A stretch of 63,525 nucleotides of DNA, filler included, from Sphaeroforma arctica JP610 (taxonomy: Eukaryota), in NCBI RefSeq assembly GCF_001186125.1. It is 4 parts of 2 records of this genome, joined end to end, with 100 filler letters (N's around TTAATTAATTAA, not from the genome) between each part and the next. Parts side by side here need not be neighbours in the genome. Positions count along the whole stretch, not along the records: positions 1 to 28,263 come from NW_014040547.1; 3 more parts are not named here. One strand, written 5' to 3'. Position 1 is the first letter of the stretch. Each line of letters starts with the position of its first letter. Position numbers and translations under genes: made by a program. Positions 1-12,081 of the stretch are shown one piece after another. The notes below the pieces were generated by a model. The model was not told where the DNA came from. It saw nothing but the letters and a program-made list of their open reading frames with translations, and ran no database searches.

Positions 1-1150
1 GCGCTTTTAGCCGTCGACCAATTCAACTCTGACGGGACACTGAAGAAAGTTCGGATGTGTTTGGATATGAGCCCAATTAAGGCTTTGATACCGACACACA
101 ATTTTCACTTACCAAGGATAAACGAACTGCTCAGGCGCATGGAGGGAGCTAAGATATTCTCCACTATCGACCTGACGCAGGGCTACCACCGGATGAAGAT
201 CTACCGAACACATCGGAAGTATTTCACCTTTACCTGGGAGGGTCAGCAATATTCGTTCAAAGGTGCCCCCTTTGGGTCACACATGTTACCTGCGTTCTTT
301 CAGCAAAATATGCAAGAATTGTTTAGGGACATGGACAATGTACAAGTATACATTGATGACATTGTGGTATTCACCAAAAACCAAAGAGGAGCACGAAAGG
401 GTTGTGCGAGAGGTTCTAGACAGGCTCAAAAAGCACAACTTTAAGGTCAACAGTAATAAATGTCACTTCGGTGTTAACGAGATTCAGCTGTTGGGTTACC
501 GAGTATCCAGGGATGGAATCATGATCGATCCCGGGAAGGTCGTCCACTTGCTAGACTGGAGAACTCCTACCACGGGTAAGGATGTCAACAGCATGTGTGG
601 ATTCGGCAACTTTTTGTCTGACGGAGTACCACACCTGGCAAGTTATTTAAAGCCCTTTGGACACTTGAGATGTCATAAAGGCAAACTCGGCGCGCTGTGG
701 ACCAAAGACTGTGATGACGCATTTAAGCAGCTCCAAACAGTGGTTCAACAGGCACCAGGAGTCCAGCCACCAAAAGATGGTATTCCATTTTTGGTAGCAA
801 CAGACGCATCCAACATGGCACTCGGCGGCGTTCTGTATCAAATGATTTATGGGAAACCGAGATATGTACAGTTCTTTAGCAGAGCTATGAATTCTTCTCA
901 GATCAATTACCCACCCGTGCAACAAGAGCTTTTGGCTATTGTTACTGCACTCACTCATTCTAAGGATTATCTATATAGCACACACTTTAATGTGCTATGT
1001 GATCAGAAGTCATTGCAACACCTAAAGGACATGAAACCTAACTCACAGTTAGTCAGTCGGTGGCATGACACAATCGCAAAATTTTCTTTCGGCATAACAC
1101 ACATACCGGGTATTCACAATCAGTTATCCGACGTGCTATCTCGCTTCGTA
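1..1150 (+). pseudogene. Reverse transcriptase and RNase H of gypsy pol (frameshifted near 380)
   Basis: ORF 55..444 carries IDLTQGYH and YIDD; it continues in ORF 263..1345 with KCHFG..LLGY and the RNase H motifs. Confidence 0.93.
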
Positions 1151-1189
1151 CCAGACTTTAATAAGATGGTTAGGGAGTTGCTAGCTACG

Positions 1190-1560
1190 GATTGGATGGT
1201 CAATCCTAGGTGGTTTAAGATCGCAGACAACATACATGGACCACATACCATATATATGTTTGCCGCTCATCATAATGCACAACTGCCGAGGTACCGGACA
1301 CTGGAACATCCGAAAGGAGATGGATTCCAGATTGACCTTTATTAACGAGAATGCCTGGGCAAATCCTCCATGGTTATTAATACCACAGTGGTTAAATTAT
1401 GTACATATTCAAGATGCTACCATCACGTTGTGTTGTCCCCTAAGACACTCAGATAAATGGCTACCACAGTTGATCTCAATGATACAATGTGAGCCGATCT
1501 ATGTGGATAGAGAGGTAGATACTTTTTTCTACCAGGGTTTTAGTCCAAACGACGCCTTGG
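1190..1560 (+). pseudogene. Dam-like (DIRS-type) N6-adenine DNA methyltransferase domain, in frame after RNase H
   Basis: DWMVNPRWF...GPHTIYMFAAHHNAQLPRY...DGF, then a frameshift near 1340, then AWANPPWLLIPQWL...TLCCP...W. NPPW is at 1362-1373. This fits the pattern DW.L...F.....GP..IDLFAS..N..LPRF...DAF...W.....Y..PP..LI of DIRS-associated MTases. Confidence 0.82.
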
Positions 1561-1839
1561 CGACATATTATTATATGTTGAATAGGTCCAGTTGGAACAA
1601 CCAAGTGGCCACCATCCGAGACTTTCAAACAGAAGGTTGAGGAAGCCAAGATTCCACTCTTGAATCCTAAGTCTCAATCAGAGACTGGGACAACACAAGC
1701 ACCTGCAGTATGTGTTACCGAGATACAGCAAAATTCAAAGGAATCAAAGAGGAGCGCATCACTAGCGAAAGCCTTCTACAACAAAATACGGTCTGACAGG
1801 GAAACTGCATACCAAGCAGAAACTCGATTGCTTAAGTAA

Positions 1840-3060
1840 TTGATGAATGACTTTCCCGAGGTATATGATCATGTGACCCAACTAATGGATAGATCAAATA
1901 TTAGTCGGATTCACGATGTAGAAACTTTAGGCGAGATTGGACACGACGAGTCTTCGAGTCCAGGTGATGACGCGGTGGAATCCTCACCTCCTGATTTCGA
2001 TGTAACAAGTAAATCACAGGAGGCGATTCTGAAGTGGTTAAGACAAAATCATGCTCTTAAGCACATGGATAAGGCCAAAACTGAGAAGGATTGCAAGAGG
2101 TACGGAATCGTACACCCGAACCTCAAGCAATATATATCTCAGGTGTATCACGAATGTAACAACTGCGAAGTTAGCCGGATCAAGCGCTACGGATACGCAC
2201 CTTTACGCAGCGTATCAGAAAACGAGCCGTGGCGCCGGGTTATCATGGATTTGGTTGAGCTACCCACGTTCGAACACACAAAGGATAAATATGTCTGTCA
2301 TGTGTTTGATGTCGCATCAAGATATAATGTATTGTATACGCTGAAAGATAAATCGACACAAACTGTGGCTGAGTGCATATATAAGTGCTTCGCAGATTTC
2401 GGCTGGCCAGCCATTGTATGTTCCGACAACGGTTGTGAGTTTACAGGAGATGTCATGACGACACTGTTACTCGTTGCGGGATCATGCCATAAAATAGGTG
2501 TACCTTACAAGCCTCAGACACAAGGTGCGAACGAGGTACAACACAGAAAGATGATGGAGTTTATGCGAGCAGCACTTCTTGATGATGCTGACATGTGGCC
2601 GTACTCAATCAACTGAGTACAGACACAGATGAACGAATCCCTTGATTCAGTCACTGGTACAACACCCGCTCACTATTTCCGGGGCCGTTATAGTGAATTA
2701 CAGATCCCCTTCAACAAGGAGTCTCAGGATGATCATGTGTTACCATGGTTAGTGAAGATGCGTCGGGCCAGAGATGTGGTCTATCCTTGTTCAAGGGAGA
2801 TGAAGGACATCGCTCTCAAGAAGAGACAAAAGCGATGAAATGATACAAAGAAAATAGTCGAGTTTGAGGTAGGCGATATAGTCGACATTATGGCTCGCAA
2901 CTCCGATACAACTGTGCTTAGGGCTAAATATATTGGACCATTTATGATCTCAGTGACCGATAAGAAGAGCGGAACGTATGAAGTTAACAATGTTGACGGC
3001 TCTAGTGCCTTAAATATCGGGTCACATCGAATCCCTAAGACAGAGATCATCCTTCGTCGC
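1840..3060 (+). pseudogene. DDE (rve) integrase with HHCC zinc finger and GPF module; internal stop codons
   Basis: H..KH...CNNC; PWRRVIMDL; VCSDNGCEF; PYKPQTQGANE; YIGPF. Confidence 0.9.
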
Positions 3061-3084
3061 ACACGTGAAGCTACTACACCTCTT

Positions 3085-3235
3085 ATGTCTTACGAGTTTA
3101 CGAATATTATAGGGAAATACAAACATGAGGATATGACATATTACGCTACGGAGTTCGCCGATGGAGCACAGTATGATCTTTCACCATCAGCATTTGATGA
3201 TCCGGATGCACTAAAGGCTTTTAATAAGAAGTTTC
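3085..3235 (+). other. Chromodomain-like tail of the integrase
   Basis: YEFTNIIGKYKHEDMTYYATEFADG...DDPDALKAF resembles the YEVE.I.......Y.V.W.G......L..F chromodomain pattern and sits in the usual chromovirus position. Confidence 0.5.
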
Positions 3236-3578
3236 GCAAACGCTTACACAAAATAAGGCTGATGCAGAAGCAATCTTACCATCGAATAAGCGACCCGACG
3301 TGGTTAAGATCTATCCACAGTCATTATACATTCCCAGCTTTAAACAGCATGGAATGTACGTACCTCCAAAAGGCATCAAGGACCAAAGCCCAAACGTAAT
3401 AGAGTAACCGAGTGAATTGTAACGTCTAAATATACTTTGTCAAAGAGAATATAACATAAGCATTGAGGCCGTTATATGATCGAAACCCATTTCTTTTCTT
3501 TTCGCTTGTGCAATTCATGTGATCTTTTTTAGTCTATGTGCTAATACCACATATAAGCCAACAATGAAATTTCAAGCT

Positions 3579-3588
3579 GAGGGGGGAC
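3579..3588 (+). promoter_or_regulatory. Polypurine tract
   Basis: gaggggggac immediately before the TG that starts the LTR at 3591. Confidence 0.8.
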
Positions 3589-3590
3589 TA

Positions 3591-4494
3591 TGTAAAAATA
3601 GCGGGTTCCTAATAGTAGTTGCACAGTTAACGTATATTATAAACGTATTATCGTATTAACGTTTATACAAATGATACTAGAATGCGTTTAACGTATTGTA
3701 CATGAACAAGAATTGAGATATTCAAGATTCTGAACATGTGATAGTACTCAGTAGAATATGGGACTCTATTGTGGACAATTAAGTGGTTTTCCAAATATAG
3801 ATTGGTTTTTTCCCCACTGAAATTTATAATGGTACATAATTTAGGAATGATACAAATCTGACACCTGAAAATGACACTTTGGGAATCTCTAATTAACGGG
3901 AGCACCATGAAAAAGGGTCTCAGGCATGAAATGGTTGTTGGTACAAACCTATGGTATAATTCGATAATAATCTCATAGCAAGATAATCCTCTGAGAAAAG
4001 GACAGGATCAGAGTTGTTAGAATTTAGGACGACATGGTTTTGATTCCTCCTAGCCAGCCAACTAGATGTGCCCATCTATGCCTTAAATGGGATGGGGAGC
4101 TAGGTACCAAGTGATGGGGTTTAGGTGCAGATATATACTGCACCAGCTTGGTGTTTTGTTTTTATTTTTTATTTTCTTAAGTTGAACTTAGCGATATTTT
4201 ATTGGTTATTTTGAGTAGATAGTTGTTTCGAGGCGTGAAATGTAAAATATGCATCCAATGAAATGATATCTAGTCTTAGTAACTAAAGCATAAATAAATC
4301 TAGACCGAAGTAATGAGTGATTAGAGCGGAGCATATAATAGTCTCAGTCTAAAATCCCCTAATCTTTTGCTCACTACTAAGGGCTGAAGCTAAACTTATT
4401 TTAACATTTTGCATTTTAACGTTTTAACGTATGGTCTTATTAACGTAAACGTTTTGGTATCGTATAGTCAGCCTAGAGGAGACCGACTTTAACA
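3591..4494 (+). repeat. 3' LTR (~904 bp, TG...CA)
   Basis: Begins tgtaaaa after the PPT and ends ccgactttaaca. Both ends are supported by the related inverted copy at 11228-12007. Confidence 0.8.
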
Positions 4495-7400
4495 TAATTT
4501 TAAGTTTATAATACGCTATCGATATTATGACAAAAGGAAATAATAAGGCAGCGAATGTAGTTGTGGAGAATGACATCAAAACAAAACCCCACCCGGCAAT
4601 CCATGATCATAATTTATGTAGCAAGCAAACAGGGTCTGCCATGCCTGTGTAGGTCAATGCAAACTAATGGGGAATGGAGACTGTATGAGAAATCAACGCG
4701 TGAAGTTGTACAAACGAAGTACAGAGGAAAATCAGATCAGTCTCGGAATATCTTTCAGATATGGTGTAGATATGTGAATGGATATACTATCTTCCTGAAA
4801 CTTCCTTTGCACTTCACTCCTGCCGCGGCAGAGTTCAGAAAGATGGCAGAGCGTTTCAGAACACATGCAGAAACTCATGCAGATGTCGAGATCCTACATA
4901 CCAATTCAAAAACCAAAGACACGGCCGAGTCTGCGACTGCCGACGTAGAGAAAGGGCAGCGACGAAAGTGTGCATATGATAGTGCTCAACCTGCAGAAAC
5001 ACCACTGTCAACAGTTGAAGATACATATTTTGCCTTCCTGACACCATTAGCACAGGGAGAATCAGATTCATAGCAAACACCGAAGCTATGACAATACAAA
5101 GTGCCAGAGCAGACAAGCGCCGCGGCGGTAGACGGCGTATGACTGACATCAACTTACTCTCAGGTCATACACAATCAACACACCAAGGGACGAAGAACAG
5201 GTCAACTTACACACAGCCACCAAAACCACCATCAAATCAATAAGTATACGGTCATCAGCAAGGGTTGCACACATCACAACGCCCACCAAATATATATCAA
5301 AGGCCTTCGACTCAGCGTCATCTGCGCTAATATAATTTATGCCTCACATCAGCTATTCATATATTCAACTCAGCAACAAACTCATCAGTATAATTTAGGC
5401 TCCCATCAAGAATTTGTGCCCCCAAGTCAGCAAAAGCAAGCTATACAGTCTCCAGGATCACAACCATGTATAGACACAAATCAATATCGACAACTAGTAC
5501 AGCTGCATCCAGGCTCCCAGCAATCAATTTTGAATGTAAATCAGCAATAACAATTATTGCAGCAATCAGCTTATGCAAATAAATTATATTCTTATGCATA
5601 TCCCTATAATCCCAAAAGTAAACAATTAAACCAAGCTGTTTTGCTTTATTCGGCTACCCCATCAATACTGAGCATGAGAATAGCGAATGTACATGCAATG
5701 GGATAAGGAGGCTCACCACAGGATGCAAAGCTAGGCCTATTATCTGTACCTGTGTTACATTCGGAAATTGCATCGCTGCATGCGGCAGAGAACCTTTGTG
5801 ACTCGCACTGTTCTTCTGTATCTCTGAGTTTGTCCCGCACCTAAAATCTATGCGCTTTTTTTGCCCTAATCTTGTATTCTGGACCAAACAGTGGTTTCTT
5901 CCTCACCACTGCAGAGCTCCCCTTTTGCACATAAAAATTTGTACTCGAACACGTGTACACAAAAACACGGCCTTCTTTGTCCGCGACTGCTAAATATGGG
6001 ATCAGTGTCTCGTGTCCAGAACGGTAGAGAATATAAGAAATATAAACATCTAGGACAGCTAAAAGTAGCTAGGCTTCACTCAATTCAGGCGCTGCCTACC
6101 GCCCTGATCTGGTACTATGGTCCTTCGAGATATACTTTCTTAGTATTATCTTTGTCATTTCTTGCAGGCTACATTTACCTTTCTTAAATATTTTTCTCTC
6201 TTTCAGGTAATTTGCTGGGGTTATACCTCCTGATATTACTATACCATGTTCTTGTTGTATATGGCGCATATCGACGGACGAAACCATTGAACCCACCCAC
6301 GTGCACCTTGCTGTTGAAGGAACGCACGCAGACTATTTGGTATTGAACCACTAGATAGTACAAGATGTAGACTTATTGGTATACACACCTTATCAGCACC
6401 AATCTGCATCAAATGCAATCCGTTCACTAGATCATCACCCGAGGTTGTTCGTCGCCCATTCCAGGTCAAATGCACACATATTTCTCAGATCAGGTGTAGC
6501 TTTGATATTAGCATTGATTAGTACTTACAGACCATGTCCGAGTTCAGCAGAATTGTTTGTCAGCAGTTGTGTGTAATCGGTCGGCAGAGTACATAGAGGT
6601 AGATCAGAAGGATGATCGTCAACAACAATCGGCGGCAGAGATTCGTTGGAGAGATCGGGCGCAATTCGCTCAGCCAGAGCCTCGTTGGCTATGTTGTCAT
6701 TGTAAATTGCCTAGTTCTTAATACCCATCCTCACGGATCTATCGTGAAACTCACGTAGGGACTTCCCTGCCTCAATGGCAGACTTCGTTGTAGTTAAGAT
6801 TGAAGTGCACTTTTATCGTGCTTATTCACTACAGTAAATAAGGCACTCAAATGGCGACGCATGAACTTGTGTCATATATGCGTTTTGTAGTTCTAAAACT
6901 ATGGTCCCTTTTTAATATGCAAGCACTCAGTTGCTGAATACGCAAATCCGAATACGACCGCGCAGCCTGATTTAGATCGTGTACTACTGCACCTAGGTAT
7001 TTTCCGAGTATTTTCCATTGTAGTCCATACGATCATGATCTTGAGACCACGTCTTGGCCTTCTATGCATGATCTGGATCATCGTACAAGTAAGGTGTAGA
7101 TTTTTCAGTGTAAGCAGAGTCAGCCAGGCAAGCATCCTGTGATGAAATCTTTTCATGTGCAATTTTTTCAAACTTCTGCTAGATCGTTGACCGTACCGCT
7201 TTCCAAGAATCGGTTCTGCAATTCGTTGATCATAACGACATCGACACCTTCCTTGTGTATGGAATAGGCAGGGAAGTCTAACTGTGCATGAGCAGGTACA
7301 AGCGCAGTCACCACCGAGTTAAACGCTTGCTGCATGTCAAGTCGCTTTGTTGAAAAGCTGTACGTATTCCTAATCAATGCTTTCAATGTACTCACCAACT

Positions 7401-8194
7401 AGATTCTTTTGCACAATAGTAGATCCAACGGTGACGGTTGGAATACTCTCCACCACATTCAGCTGCGATACATGTACAGCAGAATTGTGAGGTAAATCTT
7501 CTTCCAATCGTGATCTTGAAGTACAAATCCCTGGGGTGTGTGACACTGTTGTTTGTGTTGTCAGTTTAACATTTGTACTAATCACTGGGGTTTTGTTAAA
7601 ACTGTACTTGTATACGCTGTGCTTGATGATGACAATTGCTTCCTCAACAGCTGACTGCACCGCATTTACTTTGTTGTTTGAATTGATTTGATGTACAGCA
7701 GGCCAATTTTGTCGCAGATGCTCGCAATTCAACTGTTTTTGTGGCTCCTGGTCGCTTGCTTCATCGAAGTCAGCCAGCATCATAATCGAGCAGTACGTAT
7801 GGATCAACAGGGTATGCTTCTTTGCTGACTTTTGTATTTACAGCTGTAGCTCTCAAATATGTCTCGATGTCTTTCACTTCCACAGCTGAGTGCAATACAG
7901 GTTTCTTACCGAACAAGGTAGTTTGATTTTTTTTTTGCATGCAACTTGCTCGCATGTGATTTTCTACTAGCATTTTTCCTCGCACCACTTGATTGCTTGT
8001 TGACGACTCTCCGATTGTTCGCGATTTTCTTCTTCGACTTGTTAGTCGTCTATGAATTACTTCTGTTGGGCAGAGCTTTGTTAGAGTGAGCCGAGGATTA
8101 CACCACACCTTGTGAATATATATATTGCACAAGCAGATAGATATCGACGCAGTCTATACATTTGAACTTCAAAATTCGAGATCAAATATGTCAT

Positions 8195-8535
8195 CAATGG
8201 CGTAAATTCAGGATGTCTAAATTATGATTTAGTATGATATTGTTGTAGCTAGTAGTATAGCGCAGAACACTACAAGATTTTTGTGACATTCAGCGGTTCA
8301 ATACATGCACTAAATACAGCGATATTGCTAACTATGATTGTATGGAAGTACGATATCCGAGATTTGTGATGCCGTCTATAGTGTAAATTCAGGATGTCTA
8401 AATAGCGATTTAACATGGAAACTTGTAGCTATTACTATAGCGTAGGACACTACAAGAATTTGTGACATTCAGCGGTTCAACACATGCACCCAAAACAGAG
8501 GTATCGCTAATTGCGTTTGTATGGAAGTACGGTAT
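8195..8535. repeat. Imperfect tandem duplication of ~180 bp
   Basis: gtaaattcaggatgtctaaat...gtgacattcagcggttcaa...gtatggaagtacg occurs at ~8202-8353 and again at ~8383-8532. Confidence 0.8.
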
Positions 8536-9679
8536 TCTTGTGTATCTTTTTATATTATATCTTTGTTGTTTGTGTTTGTGTATATAGCTACAGTGTACTA
8601 TACCATGCGATATTATCAGAATGAACTGGTAGAGACTCAGGAAAGCTTCATTTTTAAAACTTTAATATTGCACTATTCAATATTGATCGTAATCTTGTGC
8701 TAAAATTAATCAGCCACTGAGTATTGAGCTTGGAGTTAATCCTTTTTTGGGACTGACCAATGTGTGTTAAGCTTGTTATTTTCCGGCATGGCCAAAATAT
8801 CAATACAATTACTAAGGACGTCAGGAGTATTTTCATTTTTCTATTTTACTTTTTCCTTCTAAGAATATAGGTTTGGGAGTCCGTCGATTTCGCCCGACGA
8901 AACATAGTAATACTTTCGCCTAGACGAACAACGAAAAGACCCTTCTGCGAAATCATTACTGGGAAGATTCTATATAGGCAATGTCTCAACCCTTTAATCC
9001 CCACACAGAGTATTGTTGTCTTCACGAGGCCTACTTTCGTATACTTTACTTTTTACTGAAACTCTAAGATACTTCAATATGTTATCAGCTTTAAGACGTT
9101 AATATCACCTTAAGAGACCGATTTTTATAATTGAGTCTTTTATTATCTATTACAAGATGAAAAAGGTGATTTTACATAGTGAATAACATAGTTGGTATTA
9201 GTGCAACCAATCTGAGCACTCACCATACCCCTACTTTGAGATTTCATTTGCTCGCTCATTTGATTAGGATGTCCCTGTTATGGAGTTATATGTCAAAAAT
9301 AGTATTAACAAACATCCGAAGACGGTTACACTTACTACAAAACCCGTTCATGGATGGGACAGAAGCATGGCTTCTTTGTAATTTTTAATAAGAAATGGAG
9401 TAAGTGGTTACATAAAAATACACGAGACAAACGGAAGGGCTTTCCTTACTGTAAATCCTGATGAATCTGAAATCCCTCATCTGCCACCTACTTCTTATGT
9501 GCCAAAACTATTAGAGCTGCTTACAAATAGTGAAGAACAACCTCGGGCTGTAACCTTGCATAATAAACGTAAAGAATCTAAATCGGAAAAGGTTACTGGG
9601 CCGTATACTAAGCGACATAGAGTACAACATACGTATAGGACTAGTACATATTCGTATATTCTTGCCTAGGAGACATGAC

Positions 9680-11100
9680 TGACACCGTTTTACTTTGAAG
9701 GTTGCTTTAAGAACTAGATTGTTCCCTCACGGACGTTCGTAACTCTGCAGCCATTCTCTTGTAGCGCATGTCTGATACAATTACAACCGATTTCAATACG
9801 TCATCACAGACCTCGCGATACCTGGCCACACGTGGTCATCAAAGAATTGGCAATATAATTATGCCACAACGGCTTGCATACTCATGTCTTTTAAAAGATG
9901 AGTAGGTTAAATCGTGACGCCGCATCGGAGAAGTGACATTCGTAGAGGTCGCATGTGTGCTCGGACGTGGACAGGTCAATCACATCAATGATATCCCTGT
10001 GCAATAGAGCATCTTCCATCACACTTTGAACCAATGCAAATCCCTAGCCCATGATCTGATTAAGACCACAGTCTGAACATAGCTGATTTGACTGTGTTTG
10101 TTCGTGTCGCTAGCTCAGAATACGCTACTCCAGTACATTTGGTGTCCTTGAAGGCTTCTACTACATTCTGGTGTTTCAGCTTATGGGTTTACGTGAACCT
10201 GTGATGCGAGAATATGTTCTTCATTCTGCTCTTCCAGAACAAAGACACGGTGTAAAGTATTCGCTTGTATATTCTCTAGTTCTATAGTGCCTTCAAACCC
10301 CCATACTTCTATTGTGGAGGCGCCGTGAGTGCAATTGAATATATTAGATACACTCAACTAATTTAATAGTCGCATTATATGTGTATATATTTTGGGTTTA
10401 TCTTTTCATAAGTCCAACTAGGAAGAGTGTCTGAACGACTTCGGGTATCGGTCGTATATTATTGAATACTTAAGGCTCGAGCTAGATATCAACGCTTTTC
10501 AACAGCTTTATCTGTAGTAGATTGTATTTCTTGTGCAAAAGCTTGAGGTGCAGAAATTATTATCAACATAATGTTTGGTATTATATCATGCCACCTACTT
10601 AATAAATGAGAGCCTAGCTGTACCTTTTCCATATACGTGTGAAAAGACTTCTGATCGCACATCAACGTAGAAACTGTACCCTATAAGTAATCTTTATAGT
10701 GCAATAACTGTTACTATAGCCATGAACTGTTTAGCAATTCTTTGTGGTTGGTAATTCAACTGTGAGGTATTCACTGCTCTTCTAAAGACTGAAAATATCG
10801 AGGTTTGTCATCTATAACTTGATGTAGAAAGCCTCTTGAGGTAAAACGGAATGCGTTAACATTATGAGTTGGCGACAACTTATTTAGTGGCCTCGTGTCT
10901 CAACATACTCTGATCGTCTTTAACAAATCGTCAGACTGCTATTAGAGCTAGATTATCCCGGTAAAGTTTGTTGGAAATCAATTTCGATTACCTCATCGAA
11001 AAACTAGTTCTCTATTTGTCCTTCCACTACAGTCTCATGTCGCCAAGATTTATAGCTTCTTGAAAGACATTTTAGCGTAGTAAAGTCTAACTTCTAACTT
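9680..11100 (-). mobile_element. Heavily decayed gypsy pol remnant (RNase H and integrase) related to the element at 1-4494
   Basis: Minus-strand translations: LLSRWHDIIP (~10600; compare LVSRWHDTIA), CSDC (~10075), IDLSTSEHT (~9970; compare VELPTFEHT), LKDMSMQAVVA...FDDHVWP (~9830-9900; compare LKDKSTQTVAE...FADFGWP). Confidence 0.7.
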
Positions 11101-11227
11101 GATAAAGTCCATGTTAACATACCCGTCGTTAAAGCAGAACTTTGTCCGTTTACAAGTATATTATCCAGTATATTGTCTGCGAAGTTAGGTTCTTGACTGT
11201 ATCCGAGGGAGGTGTACATGTGTCAGA

Positions 11228-12007
11228 TGTAAAAGTCGGACAAACCAGGCTTACAGTACCATTTCGTTTACGTAAAAGAAATTACGTTATTAAATCAAAC
11301 TGCAAAAAATCAATCAAGTTTAGCTTCAGCCCTCGGGAATGAGCAAAAGACTAGGGGATTTAAGACAGAGGCTATTGTTTATATAGCTCCGCTCTAATCA
11401 CTCATTACGTCGGTCTAGATTTGTTTGATATCAGCAATAAGATCAGAGTATATCCCATTGCATGCATAATGTGGACAAAGTATTCTAGGCAGATATTTAG
11501 GATCGGACCAGAGGACCGGAACTGAAATTAGAATTTAGGACCGGACCGAGGACCGGACATAGGGGATTGTTTGAGGACCGGATCAGAGGACTGGTCCGAT
11601 TAGTGGAATAAGAATTTAATGAGATAGAAGTGATGACTCATCCGAAACCATAAAGACGAGTATTTTCATATCACCCGATGGTAGGGCTAAACATTGGTAG
11701 ACATCCCAATAGCCATAAAAAATAAATATCAAAAGCACCAACCTTGTGCAGTTGTTTCTCTGCACCTATACCCCTTCACTTAGTACCTAGCTCGCCATCC
11801 CATTGAAGGCATAGACGGGCACATCTAGTAGGCTGGCTAGGATGAGTCGATATCATGTCCCACTTCTTACTGGATTATCTTGTGCTGAGAGTATTGCAAA
11901 ATATATCATGTGCCGTCAAGTGTCAAATTTCACCCGAGACTCAGCGATGATTATATCTTTATATTTTGGTGGGAACATATCATAGAGAAACCACCAACAT
12001 GTTTACA
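11228..12007 (-). repeat. Diverged LTR of the same family, inverted, with internal ggaccgga-rich repeats
   Basis: Its reverse complement matches 4040-4150 and 4295-4494. Termini are tgtaaac...ccgacttttaca, and a PPT-like gagtggagacta lies just upstream on the minus strand (~12009-12020). Confidence 0.8.
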
Positions 12008-12081
12008 ATAGTCTCCACTCTCTATTGTATAAGATCGATTTTTAAAAAAAATCTAAAATTGGAAGATGTAATTATTTTAGC

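Larger units (their letters stand above)
1..4494 (+). mobile_element. Ty3/gypsy-type LTR retrotransposon, 3' part (pol, PPT, 3' LTR); decayed copy that runs off the left edge
   Basis: RT motifs (FSTIDLTQGYH, PFG, YIDD); RNase H (VATDASNMALGGVL, ELLAIV, CDQKSL, NQLSDVLSR); integrase located after RT/RH; PPT; TG...CA LTR. Frameshifts near 380 and 1340 and stops at 2614 and 2836. Confidence 0.93.

Noticed and set aside
380..1345. Programmed ribosomal frameshifts in pol
   Set aside because: The shifts fall inside the RT and MTase domains and co-occur with nonsense codons in the integrase; decay or homopolymer error is the simpler explanation.
1..3400. Classification of the element as DIRS because of the methyltransferase
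   Set aside because: No tyrosine recombinase is visible; a DDE integrase, PPT and TG..CA LTR indicate Ty3/gypsy.
8930..9160. Possible GIY-YIG endonuclease remnant (GRFYIG)
   Set aside because: A single short motif in stop-riddled AT-rich sequence; insufficient support.
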